64,000 nucleotides of DNA, from positions 18,285,679 to 18,349,678 of the forward strand of contig JAHRHZ010000268.1 of the NCBI GenBank assembly GCA_024137785.1. Reading direction: 5' to 3'. Shown in pieces: positions 26,469 to 37,839 of this stretch. The position numbers and the translations under genes were made by a program. This DNA comes from Ginglymostoma cirratum. Lineage: Eukaryota. Within the stretch, counting starts at the first letter, position 1. Each line of letters begins with the position of its first letter. The notes below the pieces were generated by a model, which saw nothing but the letters and a program-made list of their open reading frames with translations, was not told the origin of the DNA and searched no databases.

Positions 26469-27779
26469 GTACTTCATAATTTTATGGATGTTCTGCACTT
26501 CACAGAATAACAGTATTCAGACTGTAACAAACACGTAGCACAATTTATCAGATTTTTTTACGCACTCCGCGGATAACATACAGATACATTACGTTTTAAT
26601 TCGCATCTGTTCTCCTCGGTACGTCACAATTAAATACAAATAGTTGTTAAATTTGTTGAATACGAAAAAGAATGTTAATGGGCACGAAATGAAAGATTGT
26701 GAAAATGCAGAGGTATCACAATAAAAACAACTGTCGTATGCGAGAGCACAACTTCGTTTCGATTGCGATTTTGGTTTAAAATTATGCAAAATAATTGCTT
26801 TTATTGTATGACAAACACTAAAATATACTTTTCATAAATTCCTACGCGTTTTACTGAGGTTATTTACGGCATAAATCGGTTCGTTCTATAACGCTAACTA
26901 ATCTGTTAGTATTTGATAATTTGATAAATAAATTTTATTTTCATACGTCAGTAACTTCTATTTGAACATTATTTTAATCCACGAGTCACAGTTTTATGTG
27001 CGAACTGAAATTGTTTCTTTATTTAGTAGGTGTAAATTGCACTATAAGATTTTTTTATTGTTTCCTTTTATTGTTTTAAGTGCACATAAACACTTGAGGT
27101 TTTATGATGAGTAGTTATTTTAATTAGTTTGGAAGTTGCTGCATAAATACATTAATTTACAATACAAATGATGGACACCATCCGATGAGAAAATTCTCTG
27201 TAACAGTTATAGCTTTCCACTTTTCCAGGACGTTAAATATGTTTCTGATGACGTACCGGAGTGTTAAAAAAAGGTTCAACTTTCCCATCGCCACCTATAT
27301 CACTGAGTATGACCATTTCTGGGTTTTATATTTACAAAATAGTCATTATTAAGTTTTAAAAATGCTAACGCGCATATATCGCACTATTCCACGACTCGTA
27401 AAAGTAAAATTTTGACACCAAGAAATATATTTAACGAAGAAATATCATTGCCCAATTCTACGCGCTAGGGCAAACCCTTGGCCAAGAAAAAAAAATTAAT
27501 TCATGATGTTTGAAACAGCTATTGCACTGCTTCCAGTCACGCGGCTCAGTGAGTGCAAGTACCAGAGTTATGAGTGTAGATTTTCCAAAGCGATTTATTC
27601 CCTTTTGTGTGCTGAATATCTTTTTCAGTTCCACCACAACTTAAAACAAAAACAACGCTGTATGAGTTAATCCTTCTTTCTTTTCAATTTTAATAACTGT
27701 ATAAACATCCCTCATTGCTCTGTAAGCTTAGTAATTTTGCCCATTGAGGGAAACAGAGATGGTTGTAAACTTTACCAAC

Positions 27780-28110
27780 AGCAGCCCACGCTGAACAGAC
27801 TGGAGGTCAGCAATCGATGGCTCGGAGATCAAACTTCCTTCCTTATTCGGGCTGGAGTCGATCGACAGTTGGTTGAACGAGTCTGTTAACAGATGGCGCC
27901 GTCCTCGAGCCGGAGATCGCAGTCTATTCGGTTCCGTTAAAGCCCATCGATCGCGCAGGTATTGACCTTGATTCAATTGATAAGTGACAGAAAGGACAGA
28001 TAGATGTTGGGAACGGTCGGCAGCCGTTTGTCCCGCTGCCCGCACTTTGTATCTATGTCCTTGTGGAATGTGTAGAAACTGAGGCCTAGAGACTACATTT
28101 TCGCCGTGAC
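27780..28110 (+). promoter_or_regulatory. RSRC1: CpG-rich promoter and candidate non-coding exon 1 of RSRC1 (donor after 27958)
   Basis: Local CpG cluster; AGATGGCGCC (YY1/CTCF-like) at 27891-27900; donor CAG|GTATTG at 27958/27959; GACTACA (ZNF143-associated-like) at 28091. The divergent SHOX2-RSRC1 arrangement is known from human. Confidence 0.55.
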
Positions 28111-28145
28111 TGTTTTGCCTTTTTTCCTACCAATATGTTCAGCTC

Positions 28146-28570
28146 GGGGAGGGGGAGAGAGGTTGGGGCAGGAGGAGGAAGGAGGGGGTAGGGGTCGGGG
28201 GGAGGAAGGAGGGGGTAGGGGTCGGGGGGAGGAAGGAGGGGGTAAGGGAGAGGGAGGAGGGGGTAAGGGAGAGGGAGGAAGGGGAGGGAGTGGGGGTGGG
28301 GGGAGGGGGAGATGGAGTGGGGAGGAGAAAGTCGGGTGGGGTATAGAGGATAAGAGGGTGAAGAGAGGGGATGGTGGGAGAGGAAGGGTTGGGGGGAAGG
28401 AGGATGTGCTTGGGTGGGATCAAGGAGTGGGGCTGGGGAATGTGTTTGGGTTGAAGGAGGGCACGGGGAAGAAGGTGGGGAAGTTTGGAGAGGAGGATTG
28501 AATGTTGGGAGGGAGACTGAGAAGGAGGGGGAGGTGTGAAGAGGGGGTGGGCAAATGCATCGGGCAGTGG
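28146..28570 (+). repeat. G-rich polypurine low-complexity tract with 27-nt tandem units
   Basis: ggaggaaggagggggtaggggtcgggg occurs twice plus degenerate copies; many G3+ runs. Confidence 0.9.
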
Positions 28571-28949
28571 GGAGTTCAGTGAGAAGATGACAAATTGTTC
28601 GAACAGAATAAGGCCAATCGTAACCTTAATTAAATTATAGCTTCTTTTCATTAAATTAAAATAATTTGTTTAGGTGTTCTTTACATTTCTTATCCACCTC
28701 TCTTAATCCCATCTTGCTCTTCCTGCCTATTTTGCTTTCTAAACCTGATTAGGTTCAAATAGATAGGCACAAAAAGCACTGATCAATGAACAACAGCAGT
28801 GTGAATTTTTTGACAGCCCACTTCTGGGTCCAAAATTCTCACGCTAACTCAGAAATGACAAATTGGTGATTTAAGTTTTAAAACTTTCCAGTGTGAGATT
28901 TGAATTTAAGACGTCAAGATTACTAGCCATCTATTATATCACTAGTTTT

Positions 28950-29165
28950 GTGGTTAGTTGGCTCGCCGAGCTGGTTTGTATTTTTTCCGCAAACGTTTCA
29001 TTACCCTGCTGGGTAACATCATCAGTGCAGCCTCCGATGAAGCTCCACAACCCGAGCTACAAATTTGTTGTAAAACCTTAGAGACCTATGGGCGAAGCAC
29101 GCTCAAATTGGCACAAAAATGGGAGAATTACTCCATTTGACAGAGCGCGACCCGCTAACAACTCC
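28950..29165 (-). mobile_element. Penelope-like pLTR fragment flanked by a 14-bp direct repeat
   Basis: atatcactagtttt at 28936-28949 and 29166-29179. Shares gctcgccgag and acaacc.gagc with the Penelope element at 49995-50430. Confidence 0.8.
28987..29030 (-). ncRNA. Minimal type I hammerhead ribozyme motif
   Basis: Minus strand ctgca-CUGAUGA-U-GUUACCC-agca-GGGUAAU-GAAAC-GUU-ugcgg has the complete core, stem I, stem II and palindromic stem III. Confidence 0.7.
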
Positions 29166-29654
29166 ATATCACTAGTTTTCTGCAACTGTTAAATAGTGTA
29201 ACTATTTTCTAGTGACTTCAGAGGCTGATGACCGTTTATCAATCCTATCTTCTCTCAGAACTAAAGCTCCTCATTCATGCCACCTTTAGATCAGTAAATC
29301 TTTGCATACACTTAAGTTTTGATATAATCACACAGAAGAGATGATTGCTGTGGGTAAGGAAGTGGCAGATGGGAGATTAACAGCAGTGTAATAAAGGATT
29401 GGGCTGGTGGCAGAGACACATACGTTCACGAGCTCCATCCTTAAGATAAATGGTGATGAATGAGTGGTTCATGGAAGAGGTATAACTAGCCATATCCTTC
29501 CTCTACATCAATTAGGATTTTAGAGGCAGGAAATATTTGGCCAAGAGGAGGAAGGAATGATTGTGCTTGTCCTGATTAAGCCAACTCTTACAGTGAATGA
29601 ATTGGCTAGTCATTTTCTAGGTGCTCTTTGACAAGAAGGCACTAGTTGAGCGAA

Positions 29655-30085
29655 GTGGGGTGGGAAGGGAAGGAGAGAGTGAGAGAAAGTGAAAAGAGTG
29701 GGAATTTGGGGGTAGAGAGGAAGTGGGAATGGGGTGGGGAGGAAGTGAGAGAGGAGAGGGGCCAGTGGGTTGATGGGAGTGGGAAGAAGGGTGGGATTGT
29801 ATTAGAGGGACAGTGGTGGGAAAGGGAGAGAGAGGGGTTAGATGAGAGGAGAGGAATGAGGAGAGAACGGGAGGGGGTGTGTGGGGTGAGAAGGTGAGGA
29901 GAAAGGAGGATTGGGGGATGGTGGGAGTTGGAAGGGGTGATTGGGAGGAGGATGGGTAGAGAGGAGAGGAGGAAGGGGAGAGGGAATGGGAAGGACAGTT
30001 AAGTGGGGTGGAGAGAGGTCTGGATTGTGGGACAGGAGAGGATATGAGAATTGAGTGAGGAGGGGAATCAGAGGTGCAGGTAGGT
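29655..30085 (+). repeat. Second G/A-rich polypurine tract
   Basis: About 430 nt with almost no C on the plus strand. Confidence 0.9.
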
Positions 30086-30869
30086 GATGGAGAGATGGTA
30101 GCCAGGAAACACCTAAGTCCTGTGGTTGAAAAGTGCTCACGGAACGTGATGCTTCTGTCTGCGATCTGCAATTTGGTTTTGTTTTAATATGTGGTTTCTG
30201 GCTTTGCCTGTACAGTACAATGACTCTGGCATGATTAATATTTCCGCTACGCAAATCAGAAAATGCTGTTGACAAAAATAGGCCCTGCAGTTCAAAGCGC
30301 AGGTTTGAGCTTTATTGTCAAAGTTTATGGAACAACTTGAATCTGCTGCATTTCTGATTTTTTTTTATTGTGTTTCAGCTTCAAAAAAAAATCTCCTTTA
30401 CCTGTCAAAGATGTGCTGTCTTTTTGCTGACAAGATAATAGACTGGAGTATCTTATTGTTTAATTTGACCCCTGTTCGGCAGGGGTTTATACTGAGTAAA
30501 AAGTAATATTTTCAATATCAGCGGCATCTTTTTGCTGAAACCTGAGCAAATGATCCTTTGATCCACCCACATAAATTTTATTTTCCCAAACTTACAATTC
30601 TGTATCAAAAGCAACACATTATTGATGCTGGAAATCTTTAAGGAAAACACAGAAAATACTGGCAGTACTCTTTTTTTTACCCTTTCATGTTAAGGCTAGC
30701 ATTTGTTGCCCATCTGTAATCACCATTGAACAAAATGGCTTTCGAGGCCAGTTCAGAGCCAATGATACCATCTCAAGTCATGTGAGTCAGAATAACAGAT
30801 TTCTTTCGCTAAAAAGCATTAGTGAATCTGGGTTTTTACGACAATTAGGGATATAACCATATGAATCAG

Positions 30870-31560
30870 GATCACCTACTCTCCGGCTCCAGAATATACA
30901 GTCCTAAGAAGATATCCCAAAAACATTCTATGAACTCCTCATATAGGCTACATTCACCCATCTTATTTACCCAGTATATATGCAGATTAAAATCCCTCAT
31001 GGCTATTGCTGTGCCTTTCTCACCAGCTCCCATATGGTGACGCATAAACTTTTCATTATACTCATTGAGTATATGTGACAATAAAGACTATTCTGTTCTG
31101 TTTTCCTTTGCACTCCATCAAGCCATGTGGTTTCTGTAAGGAGGCTTGTACACCAGTCTCACAACTGACTTTTTGCTTCTTTAATTTCTTGTCTGTACCC
31201 AAACCGCTTCTATGTCCTGGTTTTTTTGAACTTGGGTCATTTCTCTGCACTGAGCTACCCTTCTCCTTTTCCTATCTCCCTGTCTGTACTCCCTCTAATA
31301 CTTTTAGTGTGTGGACCTCTGAGGTCTGTGTGTGGCACTGACTTCTGAAACCAGAAATCAGTGCATTGACTTGCATATGTGTACCATCTAACAAATGTTG
31401 GAGCAGCTGCACCACTTGAAAGAGAGCATTGCATCCTGTCTTTCCCAAATATCATGTACCCTTCAACATTTAAGTCCCAGTCATCCTGCAGCCATGTCTC
31501 TACAGTGGCTACGTGATTGTATTTATTTATTTCTATTTGCACTATAAGTTCATCTGTTTT
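30870..31560 (-). mobile_element. CR1-type LINE endonuclease-domain fragment
   Basis: VATVETWLQDDWDLNVEGYMIFGKDR and (G)DFNL motifs in minus-strand ORFs. Confidence 0.75.
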
Positions 31561-32479
31561 GTTTCAGTAGTTTGATAGTCATCATACTGAGACTAGCTTT
31601 CAATTCTAGATTTATTTGTGAATTGAATTCCGTTAGCTGCCATGGCAAGATTTGAAGCCAACTGTGGAAAGTGAAACAGAGTTAATATTTCAGATTCTTC
31701 ATCGGATATCTTTGCTCAATGTCCCTAAATTATTGTAGTGGGAATTAGCGGGTGCCGGTGTTGTAATGCATATTTGCCTGCTGCCCACATTCTTGTAGGT
31801 GGTAGGGATCATGGATTTGCATGCTACAGTCAAAGGAGCAAGTTACAGTGCATCTTCTACATGGTAGAAGGGATTCATGTAAGTGATTGTGGGCAGGTGC
31901 TTTGTTTTGGATGATGTTGAATTTCATGGGTTTTGGAGCTGCACTTATTCCAGCGGCAGAAAAGGACTGTATTACCCTCTGGACATGTGCCTTGTGAATG
32001 GTGGACAAGTTTTGGCGAGTTACTCTTATCTGTGACCTCTTTTTGAAGTAACAACAGTTATGTTTGATAGTAAAACATGATTTTAAAATGCTAAACTTTT
32101 TTTTGAGGTCACTCACAAGCACAATTTTTCTCACTGCCTCAGTCATTCACCCTAGTATGGTATAACTCTGCACACAAGCCAAAGCTTTGGAAGGATCAAA
32201 TCTATAATTTTATTATCAGTTTGTTTTTGCAGTTCAGTTGGATATTATTTGAGAGGTTCATGCAGACGTGTTATGTTACACCAAAATCTGAGGAGAAAAA
32301 CCAGAGTACATCTACATGAAAATTCCATCTACATTGATATTGCAAGGGAAACGTATCAGCATTTGTTGTGAACTAATTTTGTATCTATTTAAAACTTGCA
32401 GATAGTCCTTGTCAGTCTATTACATTAGATTGTTTAGAAAATTTTCTGGACGAGATTTTAAGTTTATTCTTCATTATGA

Positions 32480-33570
32480 GTATATGAGTTAGGAACAGGA
32501 ATAGGCCACTCTGCCCTTTGAGCCGGCAATGCCATTCAATAAGGTTGTGGCTGTTTTGATTGTAACCTCGCAAATATATTCCCACCGACACTGATAACCT
32601 TTCATCTTCATGCTATCAATAATCTATCAACCTCTGTTTTAAAAATATCCATAGACTTTGCTTCTGCCACCTTTTCAGGAAGTTCCAAAGCTCCTCATAG
32701 GAAATGTTTTGCCTAATCTCTTTTTTAAATGATGATCCCTTCTGTTTAAACATTGAACTCTAGTTGTAGGTTCTTTCACGAGAGGACATATCATTTCCAG
32801 TTGCTCCCTCTTAATACCCCTTAGACTGTATGATGTTTTGATTAAAATTCTTCTAAATTTCAGTAGATATAAGTTTAGCCTGTCCAACGTTTCCTCATAG
32901 GACAGCCTGCCCAATCCCGGTATTAGTCTGTTAAGCCCCCTCAGAACTGCTTCCAATGCTTTCTTTATACATCCTTCCTATATAAGGTGACTAATACTGT
33001 ACACAGTGCTCCAGATGTAGTCTCACCAATGTCCTGTATAAGTGAAACATAATCTCATTACTTCTGTGTTCGAATCCCTTTGTAATAAACAATACATTCT
33101 ATTAGCTTCCCTGATTGCTTGCTATATCTGCGTAGTAGCCTTTTGTTTGTTCTTGTGGGAATGTATCTGTTTTGTATATTCTGAAATATCTCCTTAAATG
33201 TCTGTCATTGGATCTCTATTGACCTATCCCTTAACTTTATTTTCCGGTTCACTTCAGCCAAGTCAGCTTTCATGCCTTCATAATTGCCCTTTATAAGTTA
33301 AAAAAAGTTTGTCTTGGGTCCAGTCTTCTGCCCCTTAAACGAAATGTAAAATTCAATCTTTCAATGAAAACTGCTCCCTTGGGGTACCTTCACCATGACA
33401 TCATTAATTCTATTTGTTGCATAATACCAGGTCTCTCATTGTCTGCTATCAGCTTGGTTCTAGAACATGCTGTTCTAAAAATTATCCTGAAAACATTCTG
33501 TGAACACATCATCGAGGCTACCTTGCCTATTTGATTCATCCATTCTATATGTTGATTAAAATTCCATTAT
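32480..33570 (-). mobile_element. Decayed CR1-type LINE
   Basis: EAVLRGLNRLIPGLGRLSYEETLDRLNLYLL, with the 3' tail near 32490. Confidence 0.75.
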
Positions 33571-34379
33571 TATTTCGTGCTTTAAATTTTTGAATTTTAA
33601 ACATCCTGATATTTGTATGGAGTGTTTTAAAGTATTTTTTTCAACCGCCATCTGATAAATATCTAAATACGTGCCTTTCTGAAGCTGGATTAAATGTCTC
33701 AAGAAAAGATTTTAAAGTATATGTTGTTTTCTAGGATACTCCAGAGCACATTATTTTCACAGTAGGATTCCATTTACAGGTTAGTAAAATAATGAAGGTG
33801 TATTCATGTAGAATAATGTTTTATGTTCATACAGAATATTAGCAATGTTACTATATGTTATCAGTTACTTCTCCATGTATTTTCTTTTAATGACACAGCA
33901 ATGTTTTTTTTTATATGTCCTCATATTGTCATAGATTTTATTTGGCATTGTTTTCTGGCGATGCATTTGGGCAGGAAATTCCCTAACAAAAATGTGATGT
34001 ATAATTCCATTTCAGATGAGGGAATACCTGTGTAAATGGGGCTTTGTTATAAGCACACTATTTTCTTCGCACTGGTGTTATGTTCCTTACATTGATGTTT
34101 CTTAGCTGGAAAAGACAAATTGTCAAAAATATGATAATAGTCCATCAGTTGAGTTTTTCACTTCCTACTTTTGTATCATTTTTAAGTTTTAAGTCTGATG
34201 GCAGGAGGAAAATAGCCTGCATCCTAATACTCCTAGTGAGTGATTCTGAGGTTACTGGTGGAAAATTTAAAATACATTTCTAGGATGTTGAAGTCTCTGG
34301 CAAGGACTGCATTTGTTGTCAATCACTAGTCGTCTTGAGAGCTTGTCAGTACAAGTCGGTGGCTTACTCAATGGCAAGC

Positions 34380-37000
34380 CGAATCTGTGCACCTTCCCTC
34401 ATGAGACTATTCCATACACCCATTCCAAGTATTAGTCTTGTAAATCTTCTCAGACTGCCACCAACTCATTTTCATTCTTCTTTAAATAAGGAGACCAACA
34501 CCATACACAGTACATCATATGTGAACTCTCAAATACCGAGTGTGACTGAAGCGTAACCTTCACATTTCTATTCAATTGCTCCAGCAAATACTTCTGACAT
34601 TCTATTGCATTCATGATCACTTGATGCACCTGTATACCTACCAGATGTGATTCATGCTTGAGGACACCCAGATCATTTGCATCTCAGAGCTCTGCAATCT
34701 TACTTATAAATGATATGCTTCTTTTTCATTCTTCTTGACAAATTGGATAATTTCATATTTTCCCTGCTTCATACTCCACCTGCCAAATCTTGGTCCACTC
34801 ACTAACCTATGTGTACTTTTATTTTGCAGCCTCTTTACAACTTACTTTCCTAACTACATTTGGGCTATCAGCAAATTTAACAACAATTTAACAATCTTTG
34901 GTCTCTAAGTCCAAGTCATTGATATAAATTGTAAAAGGTTGAGAATCCAGCCATCATGATTGGAACCAGGTGGATCACATTGACTATGAGATCATTGATT
35001 GGGGTTGTTAACCTTGGCCAATCAAGGAGCCCTGGCTAACCGATATAAACAGGGTGTTCAGAATCTCCTCACTTTAGGGACTGACCCCGAGCTGACTGAC
35101 CGCAGCCAGTGTACTGTGTACATGTAAATAAAGGATGACTTGGTGACCAGGTATCAGCCTCTGTGCAGCTACTTCAGTGGCAATGAGGGTGGGAATGACA
35201 GCTGAAAAGCCGTGAACATCTTTTGCGATACGCAAACCCCTGCAAATTGTGGTCATGGACAATGGCACGTCATTTATCAGCAGGGAATTTGAGTATTTGC
35301 TAAAGTCGAATGGCATTGGTATGTAGGATTGGCTCCATACCATCCATTGTCCAATGGTATGGCAGAAACAGTGGTCCAAACGTTAAAGGCAGGCTTAATG
35401 AAACAGCTGACACTGTCACTCAATACCAAACAGTCCTGGTTCCTGTTCAATTATAAGACCACCCCTCATGCAGCTACAGGTTTGGTTCCAGCAGACTTGG
35501 TGATGTGGAAAAGACTTCACACTATTACCGTCCACTCCACTGATATTCCTGGACTTTGGCGGGGGCGCGGGTGAAACCACAGCAGGAATGCCAATTCTGG
35601 CCACCTGCTTCCTCTAAGCGAACGAGGAAGTTTACTTCAGTGGATGAAGTTTGGTGCCAGAACCATGTAAATGGCCTTTCATGGGTATGAAGTGAAGTTG
35701 ACGTGAGGCCAGGTCCTGTGACATACAAAGTTCAGAGAGGTGAAGGAATCCTGAACAAACATGTGGATCACCTGAAAGCAGCTACCTCGCAAAAGGGGCA
35801 GGAGCAAAACGTACCCACCCCTCAGAATGACCAGAAGACCTGTTAGAAACCGTGGGTTCTCCCTCTCCACCTAGTGTCGAGGCAACCTTAGAATCTGAGA
35901 TGGTTACAGACTCAATACCTTGGGTGCTAGAAGAAGAGACGGAAACTCTCCTGAGACGCTCCGAATGCAAGAGACGATCTACTGTCCGGTACTGTCCGCC
36001 CGTGTCCCAGTCCAACTTAGAGGAACCAGACCTGGGTCAAAAACATCCCTGGAGAAGCTACCAGAGAAAAACCAGGCCCATATCCCTGGACTTAGTCAGG
36101 GACTGATGCAGTCAGTGGAACCAGGTGGATCTTCTGACTGAGATTCTTGATTGGTGTTGTTAACTTGCGCCAATCAGAGAGCCCTGGCTGACCAATGTAA
36201 ACAGGGGATTCAGAATCTCCTCACTTCAGGGACTAACTGCGAGTTGGCTGGCCACAGCTAGTGTATTGTGCACGCGTGGATAAAGGGTGACTTGCTGACC
36301 AGATGCTGGCCTCTGTGCAGTTATTTCACCAGCACTGATCACTGTGGTACATTCATAACAACCAGAAAATGACCCACTAAAGCTTACTACTTCGTGTTGG
36401 CTAGCCAGTCTATTATCCCTGTCAATATGTTATCCTCTATGATCCGGCTCTTAATTTCCACAATAACCTAAGGCATCTTACTGCCTTCTGGAAATACTGA
36501 CTAATTCCCCTTTATCCACAGCACATATTATTTCCTTAAAGAATTTCAATAAATTTGTTAAACATGATTTCCTGTTTGCAAAGCCATTTTGACTCTGCCT
36601 GATTGCTTTGGACCTTTTTAAATAACCTATCATAATGTTTATATTAATAGCTATCAATATCTTCCCCGTGACAGATGAACCTTCCCCGAATATCGGGAAT
36701 TTTGGACATGAGAAGCAACTGACCAACTATCTCACTAGCTATTTCTTTTAAGATTCTAGCATAAAGCTCATCAGGACTTGGTAATGTCTCAGTTCAAATC
36801 TCCAACGCTTTGCTCAGGACCACTTTCATGCTAATTCTAATTCTCTTGAATTCCTACCTCCCACCTATGACCCTGACGTACAGCTATTTTTGGGATGTTC
36901 TGTATATCTTCTATAGTGCGGATGTAAAATACCTGTTCAATTAATCTGCCGTCTCCATATTGTCTGGTATTCATTCCCCATCCCAGGTTCACTTCCTGTC
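34380..37000 (-). mobile_element. Decayed CR1-type LINE RT region, split by an LTR element at 34952-36328
   Basis: SQNGFANRKSCLTNLLKFFKEI (36478-36726) and FAD(D) (tcagcaaa) at ~34870. The PQGSVLG-coding segment is interrupted by the LTR element. Confidence 0.75.
34952..36328 (+). mobile_element. Internally deleted Gypsy LTR retrotransposon (two LTRs, PBS, integrase remnant)
   Basis: LTRs at 34952-35176 and 36107-36328; TSD CCAGC at 34947-34951 and 36329-36333; PBS tggcaatgagggtggga at 35178; integrase motifs DNGTSFISREF and APYHPLSNGMAETVVQTLK. Confidence 0.9.
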
Positions 37001-37021
37001 GGACAACTCACTTCAAGTTTT

Positions 37022-37218
37022 AAAAACCATAAGAATTGCGGATGCTGTAAATCAGGAACAAAAACAGAAGTTGTTGGAAATGCTCAACAGGTCTGGCTGC
37101 ATCTGTGAAGAAAAAATCAGAGTTAACGTTTCGGGTCCGGTGACCCTTCAGTTCTGAGGAAGGGTCACCAGACCCAAAATGTTAACTCTGATTTTCCAGC
37201 AACTTCTGTTTTTGTTCA
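37022..37218. mobile_element. Fold-back Penelope-derived repeat with hammerhead remnants and 14-bp TSD
   Basis: agagttaacgtttcgggtccggtgacccttc / gaagggtcaccagacccaaaatgttaactct inverted arms; tcacttcaagtttt at 37008-37021 and 37219-37232. Confidence 0.85.
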
Positions 37219-37839
37219 TCACTTCAAGTTTTCTTTTTTGTATATTCGTAGAAACTTTATTTGTTTTTATGTTTATAGCTAGCTTTGTTTTGTTATTTTT
37301 TCTCCTGATTAATTTTAGAATAATACTTTGCTTTTTTTTAATATTCTGTCCAACTTTTTTGGCCTACCATCAATTTTTGTGTAATTATTACATAATTATA
37401 CAGCGCAGAAGAGGCCTGTTGCCTCATTATGCCTGTACCACCAAATCTATGCTAAATCTACAGGAGTCCCTCTTTTCCGCACTTAGTCCCATAGCCTTGA
37501 ATGTTATGACTTCTTATAAGTTGTGAGGTTACCTGCCTCAACTACCTTCCCAGGCAGTACATTCCACACTTGCCCCGTATCATATGCATCTTTAAAGTTG
37601 ATACAGTCTTGAACTTTTTTAGAGTTCATTGTGGACATTGGGTTCCCCTTCCTGTTTGAATGGTAAAGCTCCCCACTTACCCTTGTACTGGTGCTAGTAT
37701 TGTGGGTTTATCGATAGCACATGGGACTGCAGTGGTTCAAGAATGCAGCTCACCAACCCCTTCTCAAGAACAACTAGAGACAGTTAATAAATGCTAACCA
37801 GCCAGTGATGCCCAGGTCCCATGAGTGAATAAAAAATAT

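Noticed and set aside
28106-30275. Long Gly-rich or Pro/Ser-rich ORFs (131-184 aa)
   Set aside because: By-products of G-rich low-complexity tracts that lack stop codons; no domain or splice support.
37100-37195. Functional hammerheads in the 37.1, 45.3, 26.4 and 54.7 kb copies
   Set aside because: Each has a lesion: GAAAC>AAAAT, GUU>UUU breaking stem III, CUGA>CUAA, or deletion of GAAA. Reported only as family members.
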